NCBI GenBank assembly: GCA_965203805.1
Contig: OZ241917.1
Coordinates: 4,256,001-4,320,000 of the forward strand
Direction: 5' to 3'
DNA: 64,000 bases
Origin: Candidatus Latescibacterota bacterium
GTDB taxonomy: Bacteria > Latescibacterota > UBA2968 > GCA-2709665
The notes under the pieces were generated by a model. It did not search any database. It had not been told where the DNA came from and saw nothing but the letters and a program-made list of their open reading frames with translations. Below are positions 1 to 8,661 of the stretch, one piece after another. The translations under genes and the position numbers were made by a program. The stretch's first letter is position 1, and each line of letters opens with the position of its first letter.

Positions 1-2
1 CG

Positions 3-272
3 CTCGACCACGCGCTGAAACACGGCGTGGCGACGTTCTGGAGTACGTCGCGCAACGAACTCTGGATCAAGGGGGCAACGTCGGGAGACATGCTCGAACT
101 GGTCGACGTGCGCGTGAACTGCGAGCAGAATTCCCTGCTATACATGGTGCGCCTGAAGGGCGAGGGATCGTGTCACACGAAGGAAAACGGCCGCGCCCGG
201 TATGGTTGCTATTACCGCAGCATCGACAACGGGAGTCTGGCGTTTGTGGATCCCGGAACCATCTCGGAGTAA
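3..272 (+). CDS. hisI: Phosphoribosyl-AMP cyclohydrolase (5'-truncated by window edge)
   Basis: FWSTSRNELWIKGATSG, SCHT and C-terminal CYY motifs; frame open from base 3; directly upstream of hisG. Confidence 0.85.
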   Translation, partial: LDHALKHGVATFWSTSRNELWIKGATSGDMLELVDVRVNCEQNSLLYMVRLKGEGSCHTKENGRARYGCYYRSIDNGSLAFVDPGTISE

Positions 273-275
273 TCC

Positions 276-1136
276 ATGAATTTCACACTTGGCCTGCCAA
301 ACGGCAGCATGCAGGGGCCGCTTTGCGACCTGCTCTCCCGGGTCTGCCTGGACGTTCGCCCCAGGGGACGCAACGGCCAGGTTGCGATGGACGGACTGGA
401 CCTCTTCGGTCAGGCCGTCTATATGCGTCCCCAGGATATTCCCTGGGCGCTCCTGAAGCAACAGATCGACTGCGGCATCTGCGGCCTGGACTGCGTTGTC
501 GAAACCGAACTCGCGCAACGGTCCGGATCCGACACACAGATTCGACGCCTGGCGGAACTGAATCTCAGCCGCGAGACCCGCACGCCCGCGCGCGTCGTTC
601 TATTCGGCCGGCCGGACAGTCGACTACTGTCGCAAAATGCGACAGTCACCATCAGCTCCGAATATCCGGCGATTACCCGCGCGCGCTATCCCCATGCGGA
701 GATTGATTTCTCGCACGGGAGCACGGAAATCAAGGTGGCGATGGAGCTCTTCGACTACGGTGTGGGGGTCACGATCACGGGCGACAGCCTGCGCGAGAAC
801 GGGCTCGAACTCGTTGAGGAGTTCATGGTATCGCCCGTCGTCATCATTGCGCGAGAATCCAGGACCGAATTCGCAGCCCTCGGAGACCTCATGGCGGGCG
901 CACTGGATGCCGAAAACTATCAACTCGTCAAATTGAACGTCGACAACGGGCACAGGCCCGCCGTTCTGAGTATCCTGCCCTCCCGACGCGCTCCCACGCT
1001 CAGCGCCCTGTCGGACAGCGCAAGCGCAATCGAGACCCTCGTCCCCAGATCACAGACGGCAGCCCTCCTGATCCGCCTCCGAACCCTTGGCGCGACGGAT
1101 ATCGTCGTCCAGGACATCAATGCGATCGTGGGATAG
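276..1136 (+). CDS. hisG: ATP phosphoribosyltransferase (long form)
   Basis: LGLPNGSM, RPQDIP, D-x-GICGLD, SHGSTE, TGDSLRENGL; C-terminal regulatory domain with APT. Confidence 0.9.
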   Translation: MNFTLGLPNGSMQGPLCDLLSRVCLDVRPRGRNGQVAMDGLDLFGQAVYMRPQDIPWALLKQQIDCGICGLDCVVETELAQRSGSDTQIRRLAELNLSRETRTPARVVLFGRPDSRLLSQNATVTISSEYPAITRARYPHAEIDFSHGSTEIKVAMELFDYGVGVTITGDSLRENGLELVEEFMVSPVVIIARESRTEFAALGDLMAGALDAENYQLVKLNVDNGHRPAVLSILPSRRAPTLSALSDSASAIETLVPRSQTAALLIRLRTLGATDIVVQDINAIVG

Positions 1137-1265
1137 GATCATCCGACCGGTGGCGTACGTGAAAGAGGCGAGGGCGGGTGATCGAAGGACAACAAAGCAG
1201 AGGAGGGAAACTGCGGAGAGTGCTAACGGGGAAGCAGCGCAGGGACGGGTCGCGAGGAACGGAGG

Positions 1266-2432
1266 CTACGCCGTTGGGACGATCGCGCCGTTCCAGAGAC
1301 GCTCCAGAAAATCCTGCCAGGGCAATATCAGGATGCCGTCGGTAGTCATCCTCGGCGACGAGTCCTGTGAAACGACGAGACATCGGGCGACGTCGAATTC
1401 CTCCTTGAATGCTCGGATACCCTTCAGGTGTCTGTCCTGGATCCGGGAGGTCGATTTCACTTCGATGGCGGCGTCGCCGTTTCCAAGGATGAAATCGACC
1501 TCGAAACCGGACGTCGTGCGCCAATATGTGATCGGATAGAACGACCCGGAATAGCTGGAATGAGCCGACACTTCCAAATAGATGAAGTGTTCGAACGCTC
1601 TTCCGAACAATTCCGATCCCGGCCGGACCTGCCCGCGGCCGGTGAGGTGCGCCACCACGCCAATATCGAAGAAATAGAACCGGGGCGCCCCGACAACGCG
1701 GCGTTTCGCGCGCCTGCGAAACGGAGATACATGGCTCCCGATTAACGTGTCTACCAGAATCTGAAAATATCCTCTCGCCGTGGGCGCGCTGACACCGCAT
1801 TCCGCGGCGATTGTATTGTAGTTTATCAATTCGCCGTTGGACATGGCCGCGATTTCGAGAAACCGACTGAAGGCAGGGATATTTCGCGTCAGCGCTTCAG
1901 CTGCGATTTCCTCACGCAGATAGTCGCCAACGTACGCTTGAGTCAACCGGCGCGGCCGATCGCTCCGATAGTGCCGCGGCAGCAGGCCGGCATTCAACGC
2001 GCGTTCGAGTGAGAAATCGGGAATCTCGGAATAAACCAGGGGATGTAACTGATAGCGAACGGCACGCCCGCCCAGCAGATTGCTGCCGCCCAGCCTCAAC
2101 TTTCGCGTGCTCGATCCACAGAGGAGAAAGCGCAATCCCCTGTTTTCCATGAGCCAATGCACTTCGTTCAACAGGTCAGGGATCCTCTGCACCTCGTCGA
2201 TGACGATCGGATCGACCTGGGAATCGCCGTCCAGTCGGGCTGCAAGGCACTCCTCGCGAATCATCTCAGGACGATCGATCAGCGCGCGGTACACGTCGGC
2301 AAGCAGGAGATCGTAACGCCTTGACTTCGGAAACAATGTCCGGATGAGCGTGGACTTTCCAGTCTGGCGCGGACCCCAGAGAAAACACGTCTCTTGTTCG
2401 ATAAAATCTAAATGTAATATTCGATTATACAT
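1266..2432 (-). CDS. AAA+ ATPase, AAA_14 + DUF4143 family
   Basis: Walker A GPRQTGKS, Walker B IDEVQ, CGSS, LGGRA, FYFFDIG, C-terminal EVDF...IEVK nuclease-like motif. Confidence 0.85.
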   Translation of the reverse strand: MYNRILHLDFIEQETCFLWGPRQTGKSTLIRTLFPKSRRYDLLLADVYRALIDRPEMIREECLAARLDGDSQVDPIVIDEVQRIPDLLNEVHWLMENRGLRFLLCGSSTRKLRLGGSNLLGGRAVRYQLHPLVYSEIPDFSLERALNAGLLPRHYRSDRPRRLTQAYVGDYLREEIAAEALTRNIPAFSRFLEIAAMSNGELINYNTIAAECGVSAPTARGYFQILVDTLIGSHVSPFRRRAKRRVVGAPRFYFFDIGVVAHLTGRGQVRPGSELFGRAFEHFIYLEVSAHSSYSGSFYPITYWRTTSGFEVDFILGNGDAAIEVKSTSRIQDRHLKGIRAFKEEFDVARCLVVSQDSSPRMTTDGILILPWQDFLERLWNGAIVPTA

Positions 2433-2469
2433 GAATATCTAAAATAGACATTTAGATATTCATTGTCAA
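2431..2469 (-). promoter_or_regulatory. Sigma70-like promoter overlapped by a 13-7-13 palindrome; probably leaderless
   Basis: Minus strand TTGACA-N17-TATTTT-8 nt-ATG; perfect inverted repeat ATGAATATCTAAA-N7-TTTAGATATTCAT at 2431-2463. Confidence 0.65.
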
Positions 2470-2622
2470 TCGGTATATTGGAGACCGTGCATGATTCGTT
2501 GGAGAGAGCCTTCGGCTGACGTACAACAGGTTGGGCGGGAGATAGTTCTGGAAATGACAGGTCGGCTGGTTGCCAGGACGTTCATCCTGAGGAGGCCGCC
2601 TGGCCGAAGAGAATCCGTGCCG

Positions 2623-3165
2623 TCAACTGGCCTTATAGAAGAGCCGCAGGGTATTTTCGTCTCCAAACAGGATATCCAGCAGCGCCTGTATCTCCGGGTC
2701 GACCTCTACCGAACCTCCGGACTGCCTGATCAGGTTCAGGTAACGCTCCTTGTTCAGGACAAGTGTCAGGTCGTCGCCGTCCACGGAGTACTGGCACTGA
2801 ATTGTAAATCCATCTTCGGCGACCATCGTCAGGACGTCGCCCTGCACCGACCATACGCCCGTCGTGCCTGCGTTGTCTTCGTACGTTCTATCGGCGTTAA
2901 ACCGCACAGTCGACAGCCCGGTGTCGCGGAAACCGGCTTCCATTTCGTTCCGGAATCCAGCGACCATTCGTTGTGCAGCCGTCAGGTTCCAGCCCAGATC
3001 CAGCAGGTAATTCTGCAGGTTTGCCGCTGCCGTGGAACCGAAATCGGTACCCCGGTAAGTCCACGACCCAACCAGATCATTGACCGGCTCCGTGGGTTTG
3101 TCGACGCCACAGGACATCGCAATCCCAACAAGCAGATTCAATCCGACCAGCGATCTCCGGCTCAT
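2623..3165 (-). CDS. Lipoprotein, lipocalin-like beta-barrel; paralogue of 3240-3782
   Basis: Lipobox-like IAMSC after hydrophobic leader, LVGSWT, GVWSVQGDVLT; start moved to ATG 3165. Confidence 0.65.
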   Translation of the reverse strand: MSRRSLVGLNLLVGIAMSCGVDKPTEPVNDLVGSWTYRGTDFGSTAAANLQNYLLDLGWNLTAAQRMVAGFRNEMEAGFRDTGLSTVRFNADRTYEDNAGTTGVWSVQGDVLTMVAEDGFTIQCQYSVDGDDLTLVLNKERYLNLIRQSGGSVEVDPEIQALLDILFGDENTLRLFYKAS

Positions 3166-3239
3166 CAGGACGCCCTTCGCCTTTGTCACAGACCCGGGCT
3201 CGTGCCCACAGCCGCCAACTGCTCGAAATCTCACGCCCG

Positions 3240-3782
3240 CTACCGGGCCTTATAGAAGAGCCGCAGCGAGTCGCCGTCGCCAAACAGGATATTCAGAAGC
3301 GCCAGTGTATCCGCGTCAAGCTCAACCGCACCCTCCGTTTGCCTGATGACGTTCAGGTACCGGTCCTTGTTCAGGATGAGCGTCAGGTCTTCGCCGTCCA
3401 CGAAGTACTGACATTGAATGGTGAGTCCATCATCCTGGACGATGGTGAGGACGTCGCCCAGGACCGACCAGATTCCCGAATTGCCTGAATTATCTTCGAA
3501 GGTCCGGTCCTCATTGAATCGCACGATTTCCAGGCCTGTCTCCCGGAATCCTCTATCCATCTCGTTCTTGAATTCTGCGACCAGTTGCTGCACTACAGCC
3601 TGTTCCAGACCCTGGTCCAGCAGGTGATTCTGCAGGTTGGTCGCCGCCGTCGAACTGAAATCGGAATTCTGGAATGTCCAGGACCCGACCAGATCCTGAC
3701 CCGGAGGCACGGGTTTGTCGTCACCGCAGGACAACACGCAAGCAATAAAGACTGCCAGACCGAAAATACCCGCCCGCCACAT
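3240..3782 (-). CDS. Lipoprotein, lipocalin-like beta-barrel
   Basis: Lipobox VLSC, LVGSWT, GIWSVLGDVLT; colinear with neighbour; GGAG upstream of ATG 3782. Confidence 0.65.
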   Translation of the reverse strand: MWRAGIFGLAVFIACVLSCGDDKPVPPGQDLVGSWTFQNSDFSSTAATNLQNHLLDQGLEQAVVQQLVAEFKNEMDRGFRETGLEIVRFNEDRTFEDNSGNSGIWSVLGDVLTIVQDDGLTIQCQYFVDGEDLTLILNKDRYLNVIRQTEGAVELDADTLALLNILFGDGDSLRLFYKAR

Positions 3783-3874
3783 AGAATCTCCCTGAATTAT
3801 CGTCAAAGCGACGTTGTTTGGCGCAACGGGTTCGCGCTACGCCCGTTCGGGCCCGGACAGATCAGCTGGAACGA

Positions 3875-5509
3875 TCAGAAGAGCGAGAATTCGATCTCCT
3901 TCGCCGTGATGAACTCCAGCAGCACCGGGACGCCTTCCTCCGTTTTTCTGATTCCCCGCTCGATGGCCGGCACGATGTCGTCGGGCGATTCCACGCGTTC
4001 GCCGTAGCCTCCGAACGCCTTCGCCATGTCGGCGTAGTGACCGGAAATGTCCGTGCTGCGGTATTTTTCCGTGGATACGGGCATTATCGGAAGCTCGATC
4101 GCCATGCTGAAATTGTTGAAGAGCACCGACAGTATGGGAATGCGCTCGCGCACGGCCGTCTCGAAGTCCATTCCCGTAAAGCCGATGGCGGCATCGCCCC
4201 AAACGTTGATGCACAGCTTGTCCGGGCTGGCCAGCTTTGCGCCCATGGCAAGACCCAGACCGTAACCGAGCTGGGTCGTCTTGCCCCAGCCGATGTATGA
4301 GAGCGGCGTATGGGACTCCCAGAACGGAGAAAGCTGGTCTCGGGGGCTGCCGGCGTCGTGTGTGATGATCGTGTTCGGGACGTCGACGGTCTGCATCAGG
4401 TCCCGGATCACCCGGTACGGCGAAAGCGGTGCTTCGTTCAGCGTCAGTTTCGGCATCCACTGAGAGAGCCATTCGCGCTTTACCGAGGCGATCTCCCGCG
4501 CCACCTGTTCGGCCCGGCCCCTGGGCTGTCCGTCCAGCCGCTCTCTGACTTCCTCCGCCAGGGCCTCCAGGGTGAGTTTCGCGTCACCCAACAGTGCGTG
4601 CTCGACTTCGACGTCTTTGTTGATATCCTCCGGATCCAGCGTGGCGTGGACGATCCGCTTACCATCGGGCATGGGCACCCCGAAATTGGTGCGTGAGAAA
4701 CTGCATCCGATCCCGAAGATCAGGTCCGCCTCCTGCAGGAAGTGGTGCACGGGTTTGGGAATGGACCTGCCGCCGGAACCCAATGACAGATGGTGGTTCT
4801 CCGGAAAGGCGCTCTTTCCCCCCAGACTGGTGGTGACGGGCGCCTCGAGCAGTTCCGCGAGGTCCCGCAGGGCCTCCCAGGCCTCCGCGTAGTGCACGCC
4901 CTGGCCCGCATAGATCACGGGCCGTTGCGCGTCCAGCAACATGGTTGCCGCCTTCTCGACCTCGCGAGGGTCCGGACCTGTCCTCAGCGACGGCGCCGGA
5001 CGGTAGTGGAGAGGCCCGGCAATCTCCTCGTCGAATACATCACCCGGGAATTCCACGAGCACAGGGCGGGGGCGGCCATTGCGCACCTGCGTGAATGCCC
5101 GCCTCATCACTTCAGGCACGGTTTCCGAAAGGATGACCTGCTCGGAAAGCTTGGTGACGTGGCGGTAGTTCAGCGCCGAGTTGAAATTCGGCTGCACGTT
5201 GGTCAGCCCTCTGGAATAACCCAGCGGCAGTACGAGGATCGGCGCCGAATCCCCGTATGCCTGTGCGACGCCGCCGAATGCGTTCTCGGAACCGGGGCCG
5301 CTCTGCATACAGAAGACGCCAATCTGCCTGCCGGACGTCATTCGGCTCAGCGCGTCGGCCATGTGCAGGCCTATCCGTTCCTGGCGGACGAGAATGGGCC
5401 GGATATCCACCTTGGCCGCGGCCTCGATGAGAGGATTCACCGGATAGGCGAACAGGTACTCCACGCCCTCCGCTTTCATGATATGGGCGACCACGTCTGC
5501 AACGTTCAT
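3875..5509 (-). CDS. Thiamine pyrophosphate-dependent enzyme (acetolactate synthase-like family)
   Basis: RQERIGLHMAD, QSGPGSEN, GRPRPVLVE, TPP motif GDAA...NN. Confidence 0.85.
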   Translation of the reverse strand: MNVADVVAHIMKAEGVEYLFAYPVNPLIEAAAKVDIRPILVRQERIGLHMADALSRMTSGRQIGVFCMQSGPGSENAFGGVAQAYGDSAPILVLPLGYSRGLTNVQPNFNSALNYRHVTKLSEQVILSETVPEVMRRAFTQVRNGRPRPVLVEFPGDVFDEEIAGPLHYRPAPSLRTGPDPREVEKAATMLLDAQRPVIYAGQGVHYAEAWEALRDLAELLEAPVTTSLGGKSAFPENHHLSLGSGGRSIPKPVHHFLQEADLIFGIGCSFSRTNFGVPMPDGKRIVHATLDPEDINKDVEVEHALLGDAKLTLEALAEEVRERLDGQPRGRAEQVAREIASVKREWLSQWMPKLTLNEAPLSPYRVIRDLMQTVDVPNTIITHDAGSPRDQLSPFWESHTPLSYIGWGKTTQLGYGLGLAMGAKLASPDKLCINVWGDAAIGFTGMDFETAVRERIPILSVLFNNFSMAIELPIMPVSTEKYRSTDISGHYADMAKAFGGYGERVESPDDIVPAIERGIRKTEEGVPVLLEFITAKEIEFSLF

Positions 5510-5550
5510 AGGTTACTCCTCGCGCTTACGTTTTTTTTCAATCTGATCGC

Positions 5551-6948
5551 TTATCGCTGCTTTCCGCGAAACGCATCGCCGTGACGTTCCCACTCCCCTC
5601 CGAGCGGCCGTTGTTGTCCGCTGCCCGTCACGCCGCGCTCGCGCCCGTCTTTCTCCGGGCTGGCATAGATTGCGAACCAATCTTCCAGCATTGCCCCCAT
5701 CTCCGCAACACGCGGCGCATGAACGGCTTCTCCAATCCGATTCGTGCGTTCATCGGGATCGTTCACGAGGTCGTAGAGTTCGTTCGGTCCATCCGGATGG
5801 CGGTGAATGAACTTCCATTCACGCGTCCTGACCATTCTGGTGGGGCCGTATTCGTCGTAGACCACCACTGACTCCCGGCCCGAATCGTCGCGGCCGAGCA
5901 ACTCGGGCAGAAAACTCTTCCCCGGCAGATTGCGACCCTCCGGAAGCGGCAGGTCCAGGTACTCAAGAAGCGTCGGCATAAAGTCATACGCGCTTACCAT
6001 CGCGGGCTGAACGAGTCCTTCAGGAATCCGTCCGGGATGGCTCATCACTGCGGGTACCTTGATCGAATTCTCGTACATGTTCAGGGGGCGCGTGCCGTTC
6101 CCTTTTCCCCAGAATCCGTGGTGCCCGCAGCTGAACCCGTTGTCGCTGACGAAGACAACCAGCGTCTCTTCACGAATGCAGTTTGCCTCCAGCCGGTCGA
6201 GAATCCGCCCCACGTCCGTGTCCATCGCGGTCACGGCCGCGAAATATCCCTTCAACATCCCGCGGTTGCCCAGGCATTGGTCCGTCAATCCGATGGCCCA
6301 TGGATGCCGGGGTTCCTGCGGGCAGGAGTCGAACGCGCAGTCGTCGTAGGAATCCACCACGTCCCGCGGATGCCCGGTCCATGGGCTGTGCGGCGCGGTA
6401 TAGTGGACGCTCAGGTAGAACGGGTCTTCATCGTCCGCGTGCCGGTCGATGAATGCCAGCGCGTCGTCCGTAATGACGTTGGTCACGTATCCCGGCGCAT
6501 CGATCAGCCTGCCGTCCCGCACCATTGGCGCATCGTTGTATTTGCCGCCGCCCCGCTGGTGCACGAACCAGTGCGCGAACCCGTGCTGCGGAATCCGGCT
6601 GTTGCCAAGGTGCCATTTGCCGCTGATCCCGCACGTCCATCCGTGTTCCGACAACACGTCCGTGTACGTGACTTCTTCCGCCAGGTAGGATGCCGCGTCC
6701 TCTCCGACGTTTCCACCGCTGATCCAATCGTGAACGCCATGCTGAGAGGAAATTCGGCCTGTAAGAAACGTCGCGCGGCTCGGAGAACAGACGGGCGTTG
6801 CCACGAAGAAGCTCTCGAAACGCACGCCGGTATTCGCGATCCTGTCGATATTGGGCGTGCGTATCTCGGGATTGCCGTAGCACCCCGCCGCCCAGACGCC
6901 CTGGTCATCGGTCAGAATGAACACGACATTTGGTTTTTCAGATCCCAC
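5551..6948 (-). CDS. Sulfatase (formylglycine-dependent)
   Basis: PNVVFILTDD, CSPSRA, GKWHLG, SDNG, ELYDL; GTG start at 6948 with GGAGAGG RBS. Confidence 0.9.
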   Translation of the reverse strand: MGSEKPNVVFILTDDQGVWAAGCYGNPEIRTPNIDRIANTGVRFESFFVATPVCSPSRATFLTGRISSQHGVHDWISGGNVGEDAASYLAEEVTYTDVLSEHGWTCGISGKWHLGNSRIPQHGFAHWFVHQRGGGKYNDAPMVRDGRLIDAPGYVTNVITDDALAFIDRHADDEDPFYLSVHYTAPHSPWTGHPRDVVDSYDDCAFDSCPQEPRHPWAIGLTDQCLGNRGMLKGYFAAVTAMDTDVGRILDRLEANCIREETLVVFVSDNGFSCGHHGFWGKGNGTRPLNMYENSIKVPAVMSHPGRIPEGLVQPAMVSAYDFMPTLLEYLDLPLPEGRNLPGKSFLPELLGRDDSGRESVVVYDEYGPTRMVRTREWKFIHRHPDGPNELYDLVNDPDERTNRIGEAVHAPRVAEMGAMLEDWFAIYASPEKDGRERGVTGSGQQRPLGGEWERHGDAFRGKQR

Positions 6949-7162
6949 AATCCTCTCCAGCTCCCGGATATACGCGACTGCGACTCCGGTTTTCCGGCCG
7001 ATCGGAACATTGCGCAACGGTGAGCCGCGCGTCGAAAAGTCCCCCGCAATCTAACGCCGGCGCACGAGAAAATCAACGCGAATGACCTCCGACCCCCGCC
7101 TCTTTTGTCCTTGCCTTTTCGAAATCTGCCCGATATTCTAAAACGGCGGGGAGACGGTAGAA

Positions 7163-7296
7163 AAAAGCGGTGAGACGGTAGACGTTAGACGGTAGATGAC
7201 ATCCTTGCCCGATTGAGTCTTCCCTTATGCCTCCGGCAAGAAATGATACCGAACAGGCACTCATGTCATCTCACGTCTCCCGTCTTACGTCTCCCC
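7163..7296. repeat. Dispersed ~130-bp intergenic element, copy A
   Basis: (AGACGGT)n left arm, (CGTCTCC)n right arm, conserved core aligning to 53893-54019. Confidence 0.7.
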
Positions 7297-7391
7297 CGGG
7301 GTTGAGGGGCTGCGGGGGGAAGCGCCCGAAGAATTGTGGAACAGTTCTGTGCAGGGAATCAAGAGCACATGCATAAGCTGGAGAAATCGAA

Positions 7392-8303
7392 ATGGATATC
7401 ACCTGCCTTGACCATTGCATGACGGACGAACAGCGGGACCACTTCGACCAGCAGGGCTTTCTGATCGTTGAAAACGCACTGAATTCGGAAATGCTGGATC
7501 GGATGGCGGCGGCCGGCGATCGCGTCGACGCGCGGGAACGCGAAAAACAGAGGCTCGGCTCCGGTCAACTCATGAACAGATTCCGAACCATTGTCGAAGA
7601 CGACGCCTTCCTTGAATTGCTGGATCTGCCGAAGACGTTCCCGCTTATCTGGGACATCCTGGGCTGGAACGTCCAGCACTATATTTCGCATTTGATCTAC
7701 TACCCGCCGGAACCGCACGACAGGGTCGATACGAAGACCGGCGGCTGGCACCAGGACGGCGGCCGCCCCGTACCGGAAATGGAGCGCCCGCATCCCCGGC
7801 TCTCCCTGAAGGTCGCCTTCTGGCTGACCGATACCCGCGAGCCCGACCGGGGCGGGATTCGTATCGTACCCGGCAGCCACAAGCGCGATATCCCGCCGGA
7901 CCGCTGGCCTGAAGATGGAAACGGGCCCTCCGGAACTGCGGGGTTCGAAGACATGATGCAGGTCCGGGTAAAGGCCGGAACGGCGGTCCTGTTCGACAGG
8001 CGTCTATGGCATTCCCGCGGCATGAATACGTCCGATACGACGCGAAAGGTGTTGTTCCTCGGATACAGCTATCGCTGGCTGAGAGGCCTGGACTACAACC
8101 TGATTCCGGACAATATTCTCGAAAAATGCGATCCGATCCGCCGCCAGCTTCTGGGGGACGGGGTGGACGTCAAGGGATGGTGGCAGCCGACGGATGCCGA
8201 CGTACCGCTCAAGGGATGGCTTTTGAAGCACAAGGGCGCGTCATACGTGGAAAGGATCGGACAGAAGCAGTGGGAACGGGAAAAATGGGCGGCTGTGTCC
8301 TGA
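7392..8303 (+). CDS. Phytanoyl-CoA dioxygenase (PhyH) family Fe(II)/2OG enzyme
   Basis: FDQQGFLIV, WHQD (HxD), VPGSH, distal LWH, RKVL. Confidence 0.85.
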   Translation: MDITCLDHCMTDEQRDHFDQQGFLIVENALNSEMLDRMAAAGDRVDAREREKQRLGSGQLMNRFRTIVEDDAFLELLDLPKTFPLIWDILGWNVQHYISHLIYYPPEPHDRVDTKTGGWHQDGGRPVPEMERPHPRLSLKVAFWLTDTREPDRGGIRIVPGSHKRDIPPDRWPEDGNGPSGTAGFEDMMQVRVKAGTAVLFDRRLWHSRGMNTSDTTRKVLFLGYSYRWLRGLDYNLIPDNILEKCDPIRRQLLGDGVDVKGWWQPTDADVPLKGWLLKHKGASYVERIGQKQWEREKWAAVS

Positions 8304-8661
8304 TTCCCGTTCCCCGTTTCAGAAGCTGTCTCAAAATTCCCAGCGGTCTTCGCACGGCTGCAAAAGTGCCGGTCGGCGTTGGTCAAATCCACCCGTATAG
8401 ACAAATATGGGCGGATTTTCCCGCCTTGACCGCCACTTTTTCGCTCGCGCTCGGGAACTCACCGGTAATTTTAAAACAGTTGTCATGCGCCCTCTGGGGC
8501 ACCCATAATGATGAAAATGGTTGCATTGCCAGGCTGACCTGCAACATTGTGGTTTTGCGCGTCTTGTGGCAATTAATATCAGCCACGGTTTTTTCGTTTT
8601 TTTCGCGTGTTTCGTAGTTTCCAATGTTATTTTCTAAGTAGCTTCTCAGGGAGGAAGCGTG

